Below are positions 63,294 through 64,000 of a stretch of 64,000 bases of DNA, piece by piece. The notes beneath the pieces were generated by a model. That model did not search any database. It was not told the origin of the DNA and worked only from the letters and a program-made list of their open reading frames with translations. The first letter of the stretch is position 1. Each line of letters starts with the position of its first letter. The stretch is from Candidatus Bathyarchaeota archaeon (GTDB lineage Archaea > Thermoproteota > Bathyarchaeia > Bathyarchaeales > Bathyarchaeaceae), in NCBI GenBank assembly GCA_963697165.1, contig CAVOMX010000006.1, positions 1-64,000 on the forward strand. The letters are read 5' to 3'. The position numbers and the translations under genes are program-made.

Positions 63294-64000
63294 TTAACTA
63301 ATCTGTAATGTGTCAATAGGTGTTTTGAGGCGCTTTGGTTTGTCGGAGATTTTATTGATAAAACGTGTTTCAAAGAGGTATATGATAGATAGGTAGGCAA
63401 ACATCCAGGCAATGAAAAAGAATTCTCCATAAAACTCGTGAAACAATTTAGCTGGTGAGTCTCCACCATGAATTCCTAATACATAAATCGTTACTATTCT
63501 GAGGATGTTGACGAAAAATGTTCCAGCTGCTCCTACGATAACGTAAATTATTTTTCTGATACGGGATATGCTGGTACCCCTGAGGAACAACATAATCATA
63601 AACGAATACAGGAAGAGGCTGTGGCTTCCAGCACAAGACCATGCCACATAAGCTGAATAGCTATTGATTCCGTTAGATGCATAGAGACCCAGAGTGTTGT
63701 CGATTCCCGAGAATGTACGAGTCGCGTAGCCCAACAGATTCAGGATAAACTCTGCTCCTGATGCTGTAATGGGAACAAGGGACTGCAAAACAGTGAATGT
63801 GCCATTGGGATAGAATGTGTCAATCATGTAAAAGATTCCTACGCCTCCTATAAAAAAGGAGGAGACAGAGAATATCTTCAGTCCCTGACCTCCATACAGA
63901 AGCCAAATTGATGCCACAAAAAATACTGCAAAGAGAATATACTCAAGGGAGAAAGGCCAAGAATGAGTCAAATACCATGTATCTCCATCTATAATGGGTA
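63294..64000 (-). CDS. Archaeosortase/exosortase family protein (partial, runs off the window)
   Basis: WSCAG..S catalytic Cys, NILRI Arg, FH His; multi-TM. Confidence 0.85.
   Translation of the reverse strand, partial: PIIDGDTWYLTHSWPFSLEYILFAVFFVASIWLLYGGQGLKIFSVSSFFIGGVGIFYMIDTFYPNGTFTVLQSLVPITASGAEFILNLLGYATRTFSGIDNTLGLYASNGINSYSAYVAWSCAGSHSLFLYSFMIMLFLRGTSISRIRKIIYVIVGAAGTFFVNILRIVTIYVLGIHGGDSPAKLFHEFYGEFFFIAWMFAYLSIIYLFETRFINKISDKPKRLKTPIDTLQIS

Noticed and set aside
1077..63642. Numerous antisense or overlapping ORFs in the track (e.g. 2525-3184, 10718-11206, 42589-43146, 45957-46481)
   Set aside because: They are shadows of well-supported genes and have no recognisable motifs.

Overview
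Archaeal chromosomal window, most likely Bathyarchaeia (inferred from archaeal TyrS, DnaG, pelota, TBP, Ftr, AfpA, PEF-CTERM/archaeosortase and the large PQQ-like beta-propeller surface proteins). Many genes carry 1-2 nt frameshifts that look like long-read indel errors. Core-like blocks (1-20 kb, 27-37 kb, 54.6-57.4 kb) alternate with accessory blocks (20.8-26.6 kb, 38-54.5 kb, 57.4-63.1 kb). Three things stand out. (1) A ~5.8 kb element with a Zn-ribbon tyrosine integrase has inserted into the 5' end of ftr, leaving two diverged copies of the ftr 5' end. It carries a TIR-domain repeat protein. (2) A 17-bp palindrome GGGTTAAAWTTTAACCC (about 15 copies, often with CCCAAA tails) is confined to accessory regions and mostly brackets single genes like cassettes. 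It is coupled to a second motif, GGWGAYRTCWCC..CGCAAAAYYCCCTTTTTT, one copy of which sits at the element's att junction. (3) A redox operon combines a GcvH-like protein whose lipoyl-lysine is replaced by a C-x7-C loop, a HydC/HydB-type NuoE/NuoF module, two MetV-like Cys domains and a HydA/NuoG N-terminus with no catalytic domain. No rRNA, intact tRNA or CRISPR array was recognised.
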